Shown: positions 28,480 through 37,849 of the stretch, one piece after another | How the letters are laid out: every line of letters begins with the position of its first letter | How positions within the stretch are numbered: the first letter of the stretch is position 1 | Source of the DNA: Burkholderiales bacterium PBB3 | GTDB taxonomy: Bacteria; Pseudomonadota; Gammaproteobacteria; Burkholderiales; Burkholderiaceae_C | Assembly (NCBI GenBank): GCA_002256115.1 | Contig: NKIK01000003.1 | Location: 194,280 to 258,279, forward strand | Direction: 5' to 3' | DNA: 64,000 bases | Made by a program: the position numbers and the translations under genes | Notes under the pieces: generated by a model | The model's input: only the letters and a program-made list of their open reading frames with translations | Databases searched by the model: none | What the model was told of the DNA's origin: nothing

Positions 28480-30981
28480 TCAAGCCGTGCCACTGATGCG
28501 CAAAAGTCGATCCACCAATGCCAATAACAGCGTGACATCGATGGGCTTGGTGACATAGCCGTCCAGGCCCGCAGCGGCGCCCTCTGCCTGTTCGCCTGGC
28601 GTTGAGTTGGCCGTAACAGCGATAACCGGAATGGTCTTGGTGCGCCCATAAGACTTGAGCACCTCCAGTACTTGGTAGCCATCCATACCGGGCATGTTGA
28701 TATCCAGCAAAATCAAGTCCGGCTGCTGAGCCAGCGCAATGTTCAGGCCCTCGCCCGGCGTCAGCGCTGTGGTCAGCCGCAGCTGGGGTCGCCTTTTTAG
28801 TATCACCCTTATCAGCTTCAGGTTGACCGGGTTGTCATCAATGCACAGCACATGCAACAGGCGCTCAATGGCGATTTCTTGCACCCCGTTGCCCCCAACT
28901 TCCTCAGTCATGGCTTGGTCGGGCAACGCACTTGCCGCCAGTTCCACCCAAAACATGGCCCCCGCGCCCAGGGTGCTTTGCACGCCCACTTGCCCCCCCA
29001 TCCGGCGCACGAGCTGATCGGTGATGCTCAGGCCGAGGTGGGTTCCGTCAGGACTGGACGGGTCACCCAACTGGTCAAAGGGCGCAAATACATGTTTCAG
29101 CCGCTGGGGCTCGATACCCGGCCCCGTGTCTTGTACCTCTACACGCAGCTTGTCAGCCCCCCACCGCAGCACCCGCACGCCAACATCGCCGCCCGTGGGG
29201 CTGTAATGGATGGCGTTGGTCAAGAGGTTGAGCAAAACTTGCTTGAGTCGCATCCGGTCCGCCTGCACCACAAGTCCCGGTGCAATCTCGCTGTGAAACG
29301 TCAGGGACTGTGCTTTTGCCAACGGAGCCACCAGACTCCAGCACTCCGCAATTGCGCGGCCCAGGTCGACCGGCTCCAACGTCAAACCCACCGCCCCGGA
29401 CTCGATCCTGGCCAAGTCCATCACCTCGTTGATTAGCTTGAGCAGGTGGGTGCCACCGCTGGTAATTTGGGCGATGCTGTCGCTCTGGTCTTTGGTGAGC
29501 CGCTCATCCAATTGCAACACCTGAGCGAAGCCCAGCACCGCATTCAGAGGGGTGCGCAGCTCGTGGCTCATGCCAGAAATAAACTGCGTCTTGGCCAGAC
29601 TGGCTTCCTCGGCCTGCACCTTGGCCTGCCGCAACTCCTCTTGCTGGGCCAATACGCCGCTCAGGTCGCTAAAAATGTTGAAGATGTACTGTATTTCCCG
29701 TTGTGGGCCAAGCACAGCACCAATCGAGCTTTGCGAGAGACAACGGCTGCCGTCTTTGCGCTGAAACGGCAAAGGTCCGCTCCAGCGACCGGTGGCAACC
29801 ATGGACGCTTTGATCTCAGACTCCAGCCTGGCTGCCACATCGGGCGGGAAGGCACGCGTAAACGGTGCCCCTTTGACCTCCGAATCGCTGTAGCCCAAAA
29901 GCCGCTTATGTGCCGCATTTTGGTAAAAACCGTGTCCCGTGGCATCTGTAATCACCACGCACTGGCTGCTGGCATCAATCACCCGGTGAAACAGGTTGAG
30001 CTCTTTTTGCGCTTCTTTGCGTTGGCTAATGTCGGTCACAAAGGCCGTCACTACCTGCCCGTTGCCACGCGAAGATCGCGTGAGGGCAATTTCCACCGGA
30101 ATTTGCGCACCGCTGCGGGTGGCCATCAGCATTTCTGCGCGCCCGGCCTTGGTTGAACCCGACTGCCCCAACAACTCGGACACAGACCTGCGCTGCGCAG
30201 TGTCGGGTTGGAATATCTCGACCACATCGTCAAACGGCCAGCCCTGTATCTCCTGAAACCCCCAACCCAAAAGGGTCTCCGCCTTGGGGTTCCAGCCAAT
30301 GATTTTGCCATCACGATCTACCGTGATAACCGCATCTTGCGCATTGTCCAAAATACCCTGCAGGCGCAACTGGGACTCTGTTTGTTTTTGCAATATCCGG
30401 GCCAATTCCGAGCCCACCAACACAATAAGCACCATGCCGACCAGCAACTCCACACCGACCAGCTGCGGCGCGCCTGTGCGCGTCAGCAGTGCGGCCAGTG
30501 CAGGTGGCAAGAGCACCAGCACCGTAAAGATCTGCATGGCCCGCTGGATATACGACATTGACAGCATGGCGATCACGCATACAGCCAAAAGTGCGGTTAC
30601 CAGCATCGCACTGAACTGGAAACCTGCCTGCGACAGCAGCCACGCGGGCACTGCAGACCAGCTCAACGCAGCCAGTGCGGACTGCGCCGTGAATAACGTC
30701 CGCCAACGCACAATGGCTTTGCCCTGCGGCGCTGCCTTTTTGAAACTGCGGCACTCCCACACACCCAGCGCCGACCCCAACCAGATGGCAGCCACCCAGA
30801 TGATCAACACTTCAGGCAAAAAGAATTGCCAAAACAGTGCGCCACCTACAGGGGCTACCACGGCCGCCGTGGTTACGTTCAAAGGTTTGCGGGCATACGC
30901 CTCGTAGAGCAGGTGCTGCTCTACGTCCAGATGGGTGGACGGGCGGGTCAGAAAGGAAAAATCCATGGGCTGTGTCAACAA
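28480..30981 (-). CDS. Hybrid sensor histidine kinase (membrane N-terminus, PAS domains, HisKA, HATPase, C-terminal REC)
   Basis: H-box SHELRTPLNA, G-boxes, and receiver motifs LLDINMPGMDG...VTK. Confidence 0.85.
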   Translation of the reverse strand: MLTQPMDFSFLTRPSTHLDVEQHLLYEAYARKPLNVTTAAVVAPVGGALFWQFFLPEVLIIWVAAIWLGSALGVWECRSFKKAAPQGKAIVRWRTLFTAQSALAALSWSAVPAWLLSQAGFQFSAMLVTALLAVCVIAMLSMSYIQRAMQIFTVLVLLPPALAALLTRTGAPQLVGVELLVGMVLIVLVGSELARILQKQTESQLRLQGILDNAQDAVITVDRDGKIIGWNPKAETLLGWGFQEIQGWPFDDVVEIFQPDTAQRRSVSELLGQSGSTKAGRAEMLMATRSGAQIPVEIALTRSSRGNGQVVTAFVTDISQRKEAQKELNLFHRVIDASSQCVVITDATGHGFYQNAAHKRLLGYSDSEVKGAPFTRAFPPDVAARLESEIKASMVATGRWSGPLPFQRKDGSRCLSQSSIGAVLGPQREIQYIFNIFSDLSGVLAQQEELRQAKVQAEEASLAKTQFISGMSHELRTPLNAVLGFAQVLQLDERLTKDQSDSIAQITSGGTHLLKLINEVMDLARIESGAVGLTLEPVDLGRAIAECWSLVAPLAKAQSLTFHSEIAPGLVVQADRMRLKQVLLNLLTNAIHYSPTGGDVGVRVLRWGADKLRVEVQDTGPGIEPQRLKHVFAPFDQLGDPSSPDGTHLGLSITDQLVRRMGGQVGVQSTLGAGAMFWVELAASALPDQAMTEEVGGNGVQEIAIERLLHVLCIDDNPVNLKLIRVILKRRPQLRLTTALTPGEGLNIALAQQPDLILLDINMPGMDGYQVLEVLKSYGRTKTIPVIAVTANSTPGEQAEGAAAGLDGYVTKPIDVTLLLALVDRLLRISGTA

Positions 30982-32030
30982 TCTAACAAGCTATTGCGGA
31001 TAGCCAGCAGCGCGGGCAGGCAGAGCTGAAAGTGGCGAATGACCTCGGGGTCAAAGTGCGCGCCGCTTTGTGAAACTAAAAATTCAACAGCCGCATCCAC
31101 GCTCCAGGCGGCTTTGTAGGGCCGCTCAGACGTAAGGGCATCAAACACATCGGCCACGGCCACAATGCGGGCCGCCAGGGGTATGGCCTCACCCTCCAAG
31201 CCGGCCGGGTAGCCAGTGCCGTCCCACTTTTCGTGGTGATTTAGCGCAATTTTCTGGGCCAACTGCAGCAGATCGGATTCGTCATCATCGGCCAATATCA
31301 TGGCCCCGATAGCGGCGTGCGTTTGCATCGTGGCCCACTCGGCCGCGTCCAGCTTGCCTGGCTTGAGCAGGATGCTGTCAGGGATGCCAATCTTGCCCAC
31401 ATCGTGCATGGGGCTGGCGTGCAGTAGCAGGTCGCACCGCTCAATACTCCAGCCCATGCTGTTGGCTATGCACTCTGCAAACCGGCTCATGCGAATGGTG
31501 TGCAAGCCGGTTTCGTTGTCGCGGTACTCCGCGGCGCGGCCCAGGCGCTGCACCACTTGCAGACGCGTCTTGTTAAGGGCCTCGGTGCGCTCGCGCACGC
31601 GCTCTTCCAGCACTGCCTTTTGGTCAAACACCATGCGGTGTGCCAGCTGCGCGTCCAGCAAATTGCGCACCCGCATGAGCAGCTCAGCGCGGTCAAAGGG
31701 CTTGCCAATGAAGTCCCGCGCGCCACTGTTGAGCGCCTTGAGCAAGGCATCGCGCCCGTGCTGCGCTGTCATAACTACCACCGGGGGCAGCATGGAATCC
31801 TCCAGATTTTTGAGCTGCTCCATGACCGCGTAGCCATCCAGGTGCGGCATGTTGATGTCGAGCAAGATCAGGTCCGGGCGGCCCTCTTGGTAGCGCGGCA
31901 GCACCTCACGCGGGTCCTGCAAGAGTACGAGCTGGGTGTAGCCCTGTCCGGTGAGCAGTTTGTCGAGCAGCTTAAGATTGACCGGCTCGTCGTCCACCAC
32001 AAAAATGCGGGCTGGGTTGGTCTGGGTCAC
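30975..32030 (-). CDS. Two-component response regulator with an HD-GYP phosphodiesterase domain (RpfG-like)
   Basis: REC motifs (LDINMPHLDG) and HD-GYP (HHEKWDGTGYP). Confidence 0.85.
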   Translation of the reverse strand: MTQTNPARIFVVDDEPVNLKLLDKLLTGQGYTQLVLLQDPREVLPRYQEGRPDLILLDINMPHLDGYAVMEQLKNLEDSMLPPVVVMTAQHGRDALLKALNSGARDFIGKPFDRAELLMRVRNLLDAQLAHRMVFDQKAVLEERVRERTEALNKTRLQVVQRLGRAAEYRDNETGLHTIRMSRFAECIANSMGWSIERCDLLLHASPMHDVGKIGIPDSILLKPGKLDAAEWATMQTHAAIGAMILADDDESDLLQLAQKIALNHHEKWDGTGYPAGLEGEAIPLAARIVAVADVFDALTSERPYKAAWSVDAAVEFLVSQSGAHFDPEVIRHFQLCLPALLAIRNSLLDC

Positions 32031-34561
32031 AAGGTGGTCTCTGTTGGGCTACTTTGCAGTAAATCGTCCATGGTCCAAAGGAGTACCCGCACATCCACCG
32101 GCTTGGTCAGATAGCCGTCGAAGCCGGCAGCCAGGCCCCGCGCCACATCGGCTGGCATGGCGTTGGCCGTCACGGCAACAAAGGGTACGTGCCGGAATCG
32201 CGCGTCCGCTTTCAGAATGCCCAAGACCTGGTAGCCGTCGAGTCTTGGCATATCGATATCCAGCAAAACAATGTCAGGCGTGTTGGCCAACGCCAGTTCT
32301 ATGCCTTGCTCCGGCTCGGCGGCAGACGTCAGTTTGAAGTTGGGCCGACGCGCCAATACGACTTCAATCAAGCGCAAGTTGATGGGGTTGTCGTCAATCG
32401 AGAGTACCCGGACCGTGCGCTCCAATGCGCCAGACTCCGTGGCGCAGGCGAAACCCACCTCGCAATCATCCTCGGCAGGCAGCACATCGGGGCCTTGCGG
32501 CAACACAATGCTGAACGTCGTACCCACCCCCACGGTGCTGTGCACCTCCACCGTGCCGCCCATCAGTTCGACCAAGCGCCGCGTGATGGTCAGGCCAATG
32601 CCAGTGCCTTCCACCGTGCCGGTATCGGCACCCAAACGATTAAAGGGTTGAAACAAGTCGCCCAGGCGCTCGGGGGCAATACCCGCACCCGTGTCACTGA
32701 CTGCAATGCACAGCAAGCCCTCTGGCATGACTTGTACCGACGCGGTAACGCTGCCACCGACTCGGTTGTATTTCACGGCGTTAGACAACAGGTTGATCAA
32801 CGCCTGCTTGAGCTTGGTGTGGTCGGCCCGCGCTGTCAGCCCGGCGGGTACCGCAAACTCCAGGCGCACGTTGTGTGCAGTCGCCAGGGTCTGGATCAGG
32901 TCGCGGCAGTCTTTCAGCAGTTCGGCCAGAATCACGCTTTCCAGCGATACATCCAGTTTGCCGGATTCGATTTTGGCCAGGTCCAGCACTTCATTGATCA
33001 AAGCCAACAAGTGCTGCCCGGCCTTCATGATTTCCTGCACACTGTCTTGCTGGTCGGCGTTCAGATCCTGGTCATATTCCAGCATCTGCGCAAATCCCAA
33101 AATGGCATTCATGGGCGTGCGCAACTCATGGCTCATGCTCGACAAAAAATCGGACTTGGCCAGATTGGCCCGCTCGGCCTCGTCTTTGGCCCCGGCCAAC
33201 TCCGCACGGCGCGCCAGTTCGGCGCTGAAGTCGGTAAATATATTGAAAGAGTACTGCACCCTGCCGTCGTCATCACGAATAAACCCCACATTGCTGGCCG
33301 ACGTAAAAACGGAGCCGTCTTTGCGCTGGATAGTCAGTTGGCCCATCCAGCCACGCTCGGAGGCAACCGCGTCCCGCGAAGCCAGTTTGAATGCCTCTTT
33401 TGCTTCCTTTGGCACTACTTTGGAGAAGTGTTGCCCCAAAATTTCTCCATCGCGGTAACCCAGTTCTTTTGCCTGCGCCTGGTTTTGATAGACCACGATG
33501 CCTTTGGCATCGGCAATGCCCACGCACTGATCACTGGAATCAAACACGCGTCTGAATAGTTTCAAGCGCTCCTGGACCTTCTTACGCTCTGAAATATCGG
33601 TCAAAAATGCCGTGTAACTGAGCTTGCGGTCATGTTGTAGCGGTGTGACCACCAGCTCGACCGGGAACACTTCGCCGTTTTTACGCTGGGCAGTGGCCTC
33701 TATTCTTTGACCCGGCGTAGTCATGCCAACGGCCTTGCGCCCAGGCACCAAATGGCGGTAGATACCGCGTTGGCTGGTGGGATCAAACCGCTCGGCCTCA
33801 GGCACCAACGTGCTTTGCACTGTAGCCCCCACGGCATCTTCCGCCGTCCAGCCAAATATGGTCTCGGCCCGGTGGTTCCAGGCGGTGATGTGCCCTTGCG
33901 CATCGATGCCCACCACTGCGTCGGGCACATCTGCCAACACGGCCTTGAGGTGCAGTTGCGACTCCTGCAGCTGCCAGGCGGTTTGATGCGACGCGCGCCC
34001 TACCACAATCAGCGCCGCTATACCCGCCAGCAAGACCAGCGCCACCAAACGGTCAACATCACCGCCGGTGACCAGGCCGACAGTCGCCGTGGGCAACAAA
34101 GCCCCCACCACAAAGCCCGCCATGGCCATGCGCTGCTCTGACACCGAAGCGACGATAACCGCGCTGACACAAAACAACATACTCACAAACAAGACCGCAT
34201 AGGGGCCATCAATGGGCCACATCATCAGCGCAGGCCCCACGGACCAGCACAGGCCGGAGACGGTGATCTGCAGCGCAAATACGCGCTGCCAAAAGACGAT
34301 ATTTTGTCCGGACGGAGCCGCCCTAAAGAATGCCCAACAGTTGAAACCGGCCGCTAGACACATGCAAGCCATGGCGCTGACCCAGATCACTTTGGGCTGG
34401 TGCGGCAGGTAGGGCCAAAGGACCCACGCACCAACAATGGTTGCAACGGCCGACATGGCCACATCCAACACATTTCTTCTGTAGGCCAGATACAGAAGCG
34501 CCGATTCAACGGACAAGTCGCGGTGGGGCTGGGGCATCGTTTGATGATACCCACGCACCAC
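32027..34561 (-). CDS. Hybrid sensor histidine kinase (membrane N-terminus, multiple PAS, HisKA, HATPase, REC)
   Basis: SHELRTPMNAILGF, ATP-lid motifs and C-terminal REC; overlaps the neighbouring operon genes by 4 bp. Confidence 0.85.
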   Translation of the reverse strand: MVRGYHQTMPQPHRDLSVESALLYLAYRRNVLDVAMSAVATIVGAWVLWPYLPHQPKVIWVSAMACMCLAAGFNCWAFFRAAPSGQNIVFWQRVFALQITVSGLCWSVGPALMMWPIDGPYAVLFVSMLFCVSAVIVASVSEQRMAMAGFVVGALLPTATVGLVTGGDVDRLVALVLLAGIAALIVVGRASHQTAWQLQESQLHLKAVLADVPDAVVGIDAQGHITAWNHRAETIFGWTAEDAVGATVQSTLVPEAERFDPTSQRGIYRHLVPGRKAVGMTTPGQRIEATAQRKNGEVFPVELVVTPLQHDRKLSYTAFLTDISERKKVQERLKLFRRVFDSSDQCVGIADAKGIVVYQNQAQAKELGYRDGEILGQHFSKVVPKEAKEAFKLASRDAVASERGWMGQLTIQRKDGSVFTSASNVGFIRDDDGRVQYSFNIFTDFSAELARRAELAGAKDEAERANLAKSDFLSSMSHELRTPMNAILGFAQMLEYDQDLNADQQDSVQEIMKAGQHLLALINEVLDLAKIESGKLDVSLESVILAELLKDCRDLIQTLATAHNVRLEFAVPAGLTARADHTKLKQALINLLSNAVKYNRVGGSVTASVQVMPEGLLCIAVSDTGAGIAPERLGDLFQPFNRLGADTGTVEGTGIGLTITRRLVELMGGTVEVHSTVGVGTTFSIVLPQGPDVLPAEDDCEVGFACATESGALERTVRVLSIDDNPINLRLIEVVLARRPNFKLTSAAEPEQGIELALANTPDIVLLDIDMPRLDGYQVLGILKADARFRHVPFVAVTANAMPADVARGLAAGFDGYLTKPVDVRVLLWTMDDLLQSSPTETTL

Positions 34562-34577
34562 GTCAGCACAGCGTAAG

Positions 34578-34922
34578 CTACTGGTCTGTGGCGACGCCCA
34601 GCCGCCACAGCGACGTCACCTCTTTGGAGCGTGCTGCGTGCGGCGGGTCGGTGGCCACGATCCGGCCGATTCCCCGGCGCGCCAGCACCGCCAACAAAAC
34701 ACCGGTGCCCGTGCCAATATCAAAGGCGCACAGGGCCGCCACCGAAGCCACGCTAACGGCGCCGGGTGGGCCCCAGGCCTCTGCACAAGCCTGACGCGCA
34801 TCGGGGCTGCGCTTCAGAGGGACACTGTAGTCAGCCTCAAAGCCAATCAACAGCATGCCCAGCACGCGAGAGCGCTGGGCTTGGCGATGCAGATGGAAGC
34901 CTGCGGCAAAACTAAGTGCCAA
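34578..34922 (-). pseudogene. Internally deleted fragment of a class I SAM-methyltransferase, paralogous to the gene at 47407-48771
   Basis: The 114-aa ORF matches ..FHLHRQAQ.RARVLGMLLIGFEADY..KR.PDARQACAEAWGPPG.., the AFDIG.GTGVL.AVLARRG.G.IVATD segment and the C-terminal ..VTSLWRL.VA of the 467-aa ORF, but lacks everything in between. It starts right next to a repeat copy. Confidence 0.6.
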
Positions 34923-34925
34923 ATC

Positions 34926-34995
34926 GGCCTTTGAAGCCGTGGATAGTGCGGGAGCAGCTCCTGAATTAATAGCGGTTAACGGGGAGTTGTTTTAG
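34926..34995 (-). repeat. Dispersed repeat family copy 6
   Basis: Sequence ggcctttgaaGCCGTGGATAGTGCGGGAGCAGCTCCtgaattaatagcggttaacgggg. Confidence 0.85.
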
Positions 34996-35020
34996 CTTGT
35001 GGTGCATCTGCGCATCAGCA

Positions 35021-36373
35021 TCACGACGGCCGCACAGGCTTCTTGCCGCGCTTGGGCGCCAGCAATACCGACTCACCCACTCTTGCAGTGGCGAATTTCT
35101 GGGGTGGTGATGGCTCCATCACCCCCGCCTCTTGAGTGAGCTTTGTCATTTCTGGCACCTGGATTTGAATGCGCTCGTTCAGTCGATTGAGCCCTGCGTT
35201 CCAGTGCCACAGCATCCTCGCGCCCACCGCGTCAAACCCTGGCGTGTGCTTCATGCGTTGAATCAATTCCGGCACGGTCGCCGCCACGGCGGTGCACACC
35301 AGCTCAGCGAGTTCGCGTTGGCGCGGGGGGTCGATACCCAGAAACACTTGCATGAATTGCCACAAGGGCTTCAGATGGGTCCAGCTCTTGCGGCCATCGA
35401 TGGACATGCCTGGCGGGTTATCCGCGTAGCTGTCATAGGCCACGATGGTCAGCATGTCGTAGATGGGCGCGACATGCACATCCTCCAAGCCGGTGTACAA
35501 AAAAGCAAGATTCTTGGTGTGGCAGTCTGAGTTGCCAAGTGCGTGCGTCAACAGCAGTGTCACGGCCAGTTGCTCGTAGGACGCGCGGCGGCCCTGGGGT
35601 GGCACATAGTTGCGCACAAGGCGCGCGGCGCGCTCCCAGGTGCCGTCGTACTTTTGCTCGGCACCCATGCCCAGCATGCTGCAAAAGTCTTCAAAACCCA
35701 GCCGCTCGCCAGTGAGCGGATCAATGTCAAAGCGCTCGACCACGAGGATCTGACCGTCGTCGGAAACCACTGTTTCTGCAACCGCGAAGCCGGTGGCTTT
35801 GGCCGCTTGCATACACAGGTGCTCGTTGAGCCCCACAAGCGGTTGCTTGTCTGAGCTAGCTTTGACGATGTGGCGCTCTGTGGATACGGTGCCTTTGCGG
35901 AACAGTGCTTTGGTCTCTGGCGTCAGAAATTTGGGGACCACCCCCGACACGCCTGAGGCCGCGTACTGGCTCATCAATTGCAGAAACACTTCGCGCGAAG
36001 ACTCACCATGCAACAGTCCATCGAGTTCATTGGCGGCGAGTTGCGGATTGGGACTACTGCCTGCGCTTACCTGAACGCGACCGATCATGTTGTGCCCCAC
36101 CACCGACAGCAGATCCATGGGACTTGCTCCCAGATGCGGCCCCAACTGCTCTTTGAGGACGGACAGTAAAAACCCCTCCGGCAGACTCACCTGAAAGAAA
36201 GGGTGCAGATTGGGCCACTCCCAGCTGGGGGACTGCACGGGCATGAGCAGCGACACAAAATCCTCGGGAGGGGTTCCGTGCAGGTAGGTCAGGTAATGCT
36301 CAAACCCTGCGGGGCTCTGCAACACCGCCACATGTCTGCCGTTCACGAAGACATTGAGTTCTGCCTTGCTCAT
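35021..36373 (-). CDS. hipA: HipA-family Ser/Thr kinase toxin (type II TA)
   Basis: Alignable to E. coli HipA (VERFDIDPLTGERLGFEDFCSML.. and GNSDCHTKNLAFLY, against GATDGHAKNFSVF); 450 aa. Confidence 0.85.
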   Translation of the reverse strand: MSKAELNVFVNGRHVAVLQSPAGFEHYLTYLHGTPPEDFVSLLMPVQSPSWEWPNLHPFFQVSLPEGFLLSVLKEQLGPHLGASPMDLLSVVGHNMIGRVQVSAGSSPNPQLAANELDGLLHGESSREVFLQLMSQYAASGVSGVVPKFLTPETKALFRKGTVSTERHIVKASSDKQPLVGLNEHLCMQAAKATGFAVAETVVSDDGQILVVERFDIDPLTGERLGFEDFCSMLGMGAEQKYDGTWERAARLVRNYVPPQGRRASYEQLAVTLLLTHALGNSDCHTKNLAFLYTGLEDVHVAPIYDMLTIVAYDSYADNPPGMSIDGRKSWTHLKPLWQFMQVFLGIDPPRQRELAELVCTAVAATVPELIQRMKHTPGFDAVGARMLWHWNAGLNRLNERIQIQVPEMTKLTQEAGVMEPSPPQKFATARVGESVLLAPKRGKKPVRPS

Positions 36374-36690
36374 GGCTTGCCGGACGCTCCGTGCGAAGCA
36401 TTGCGCAGTTCTTGCTGCAAGTCGTTCAAATTGGGGCGGCGGGTAGCGGGCACAAACTCCATCTCCACATCCAACACCTGCAACAAACGCAAGAGCTTGC
36501 CTGCGGATAGATCGCTGGAGGCCCCCGTCTCAAAGCGCGACAGCGTCTCTTGTCGCAATCCGGCAGCTGCTGCTACCTCAGTCTGCGTCTTGCCCGCTGC
36601 CTTGCGCAGCTGCTTGTACCGCGCACCAACGTCGGGCAGTGTTAATAAGGGATTTGCGTTTGGCATCATAAATTGGAGAAAATTTTCCAA
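36370..36690 (-). CDS. hipB: HipB-like XRE-family HTH antitoxin
   Basis: HTH GKTQTEVAAAAGLRQETLSRFE; 4-bp overlap with hipA. Confidence 0.8.
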   Translation of the reverse strand: MENFLQFMMPNANPLLTLPDVGARYKQLRKAAGKTQTEVAAAAGLRQETLSRFETGASSDLSAGKLLRLLQVLDVEMEFVPATRRPNLNDLQQELRNASHGASGKP

Positions 36691-36847
36691 ATCATGCTGT
36701 TCATTGCATATTTCGTCAATCCAAAATATGTTTTTCAGATCAAACTATTTGTAATTTTTGTAGAAATATGATTTGAATAGCATATTTTGGGCAAGGGAAG
36801 AAACGGCCAATGCTGGGTAAGCGCGCTGGCAACCGTGCCGATCCCCC

Positions 36848-36915
36848 TAGATTAGTGGCCAAAAGTGCCTTTCAACCGGCGATAGTGCGGGGGCAGCTCC
36901 TGAATTAGTAGCAAT
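36848..36915 (-). repeat. Dispersed repeat family copy 7, a slightly diverged long form
   Basis: Sequence ctagattagtggccaaaagtgcctttcaaccGGCGATAGTGCGGGGGCAGCTCCtgaattagtagc. Confidence 0.8.
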
Positions 36916-37092
36916 TCGCGCAGATAAAGACTCGGCATCATGTACTGCATGGACATATCGGCAGCCAACGGCTATTGGAGGCTCATTTCGGTCTTTGCAG
37001 CCTCTCCGAAGCGGTCGGTCAAAATGCAGTTTTAACGTTGGAGGCCAGGCGCGGCTGAAGGCCGTCGCCTCTGGGCCGACCAGTTAGATTTC

Positions 37093-37580
37093 TTATAGGC
37101 CAAGAACATCACAGTGAAGTGGCCTGAGGTGAAACTTGCGGCGTTCGCGGCCCTGCCACTCACGCGGTACTTTGTCGAGTTCGCAGTTGAGTGTGACGCT
37201 GTTGACAATGCCAAACCCCAAAGCTACCCACTCAAACTCTCGCGAGTCTGATCCTGCATTTACCTTAAACCAGAATGCCTGTGTCGGGTCGCTTGAACTG
37301 GGAGGCATGCCAGGGTATCGCACCGGGGTCGCTTTCCCGGTAGCCACAACGACAAGGGCAGTACCCCGCGCGTCGGTAGTCGCGTAAATTGGGCGTTCGC
37401 AATCATCCGAGCCCAAGCTTCTGTAATCCAGGCACGTTGAGATGCCTGCAGCTCGCACTGGCTTTCCCGACTTTGTCAGCGTCACAGTAATCGGCGTAAG
37501 GACGACGTTCTCCGCATAAGCGGCAGGTACAGCCAAAGCGAGTGCTAAGGCGATATGAATGTGCCGAACGTAATACATGC
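37093..37580 (-). CDS. Hypothetical secreted protein in a low-GC patch. Start at ATG 37580, signal peptide MYYVRHIHIALALALAVPAAYA.
   Basis: Signal peptide present. The surrounding 36.7-37.85 kb is markedly AT-richer than the window average. Confidence 0.5.
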
Positions 37581-37849
37581 TCGCGTGAAATCTACTTAAT
37601 GTCCAGAGCACCAATAAGTGCTCGATAAACTGGCTGATGCACGATATTCTGGTCATCAAATCCTCCCGAAAGTGGCTTGCAGCCTCACTTTCACTGTTTT
37701 TCGACTTTGTTAAATGGATATCGATATTCTGGCAGACCTGCCGAGACTGGCGGATACAAAACCATGTCCACAGACTCCATGAGACTGAAATTGGGTGACC
37801 GTCCTGAACGACAGCTATCACCCACAGATCGCAACGAGCAGGCTGAATC

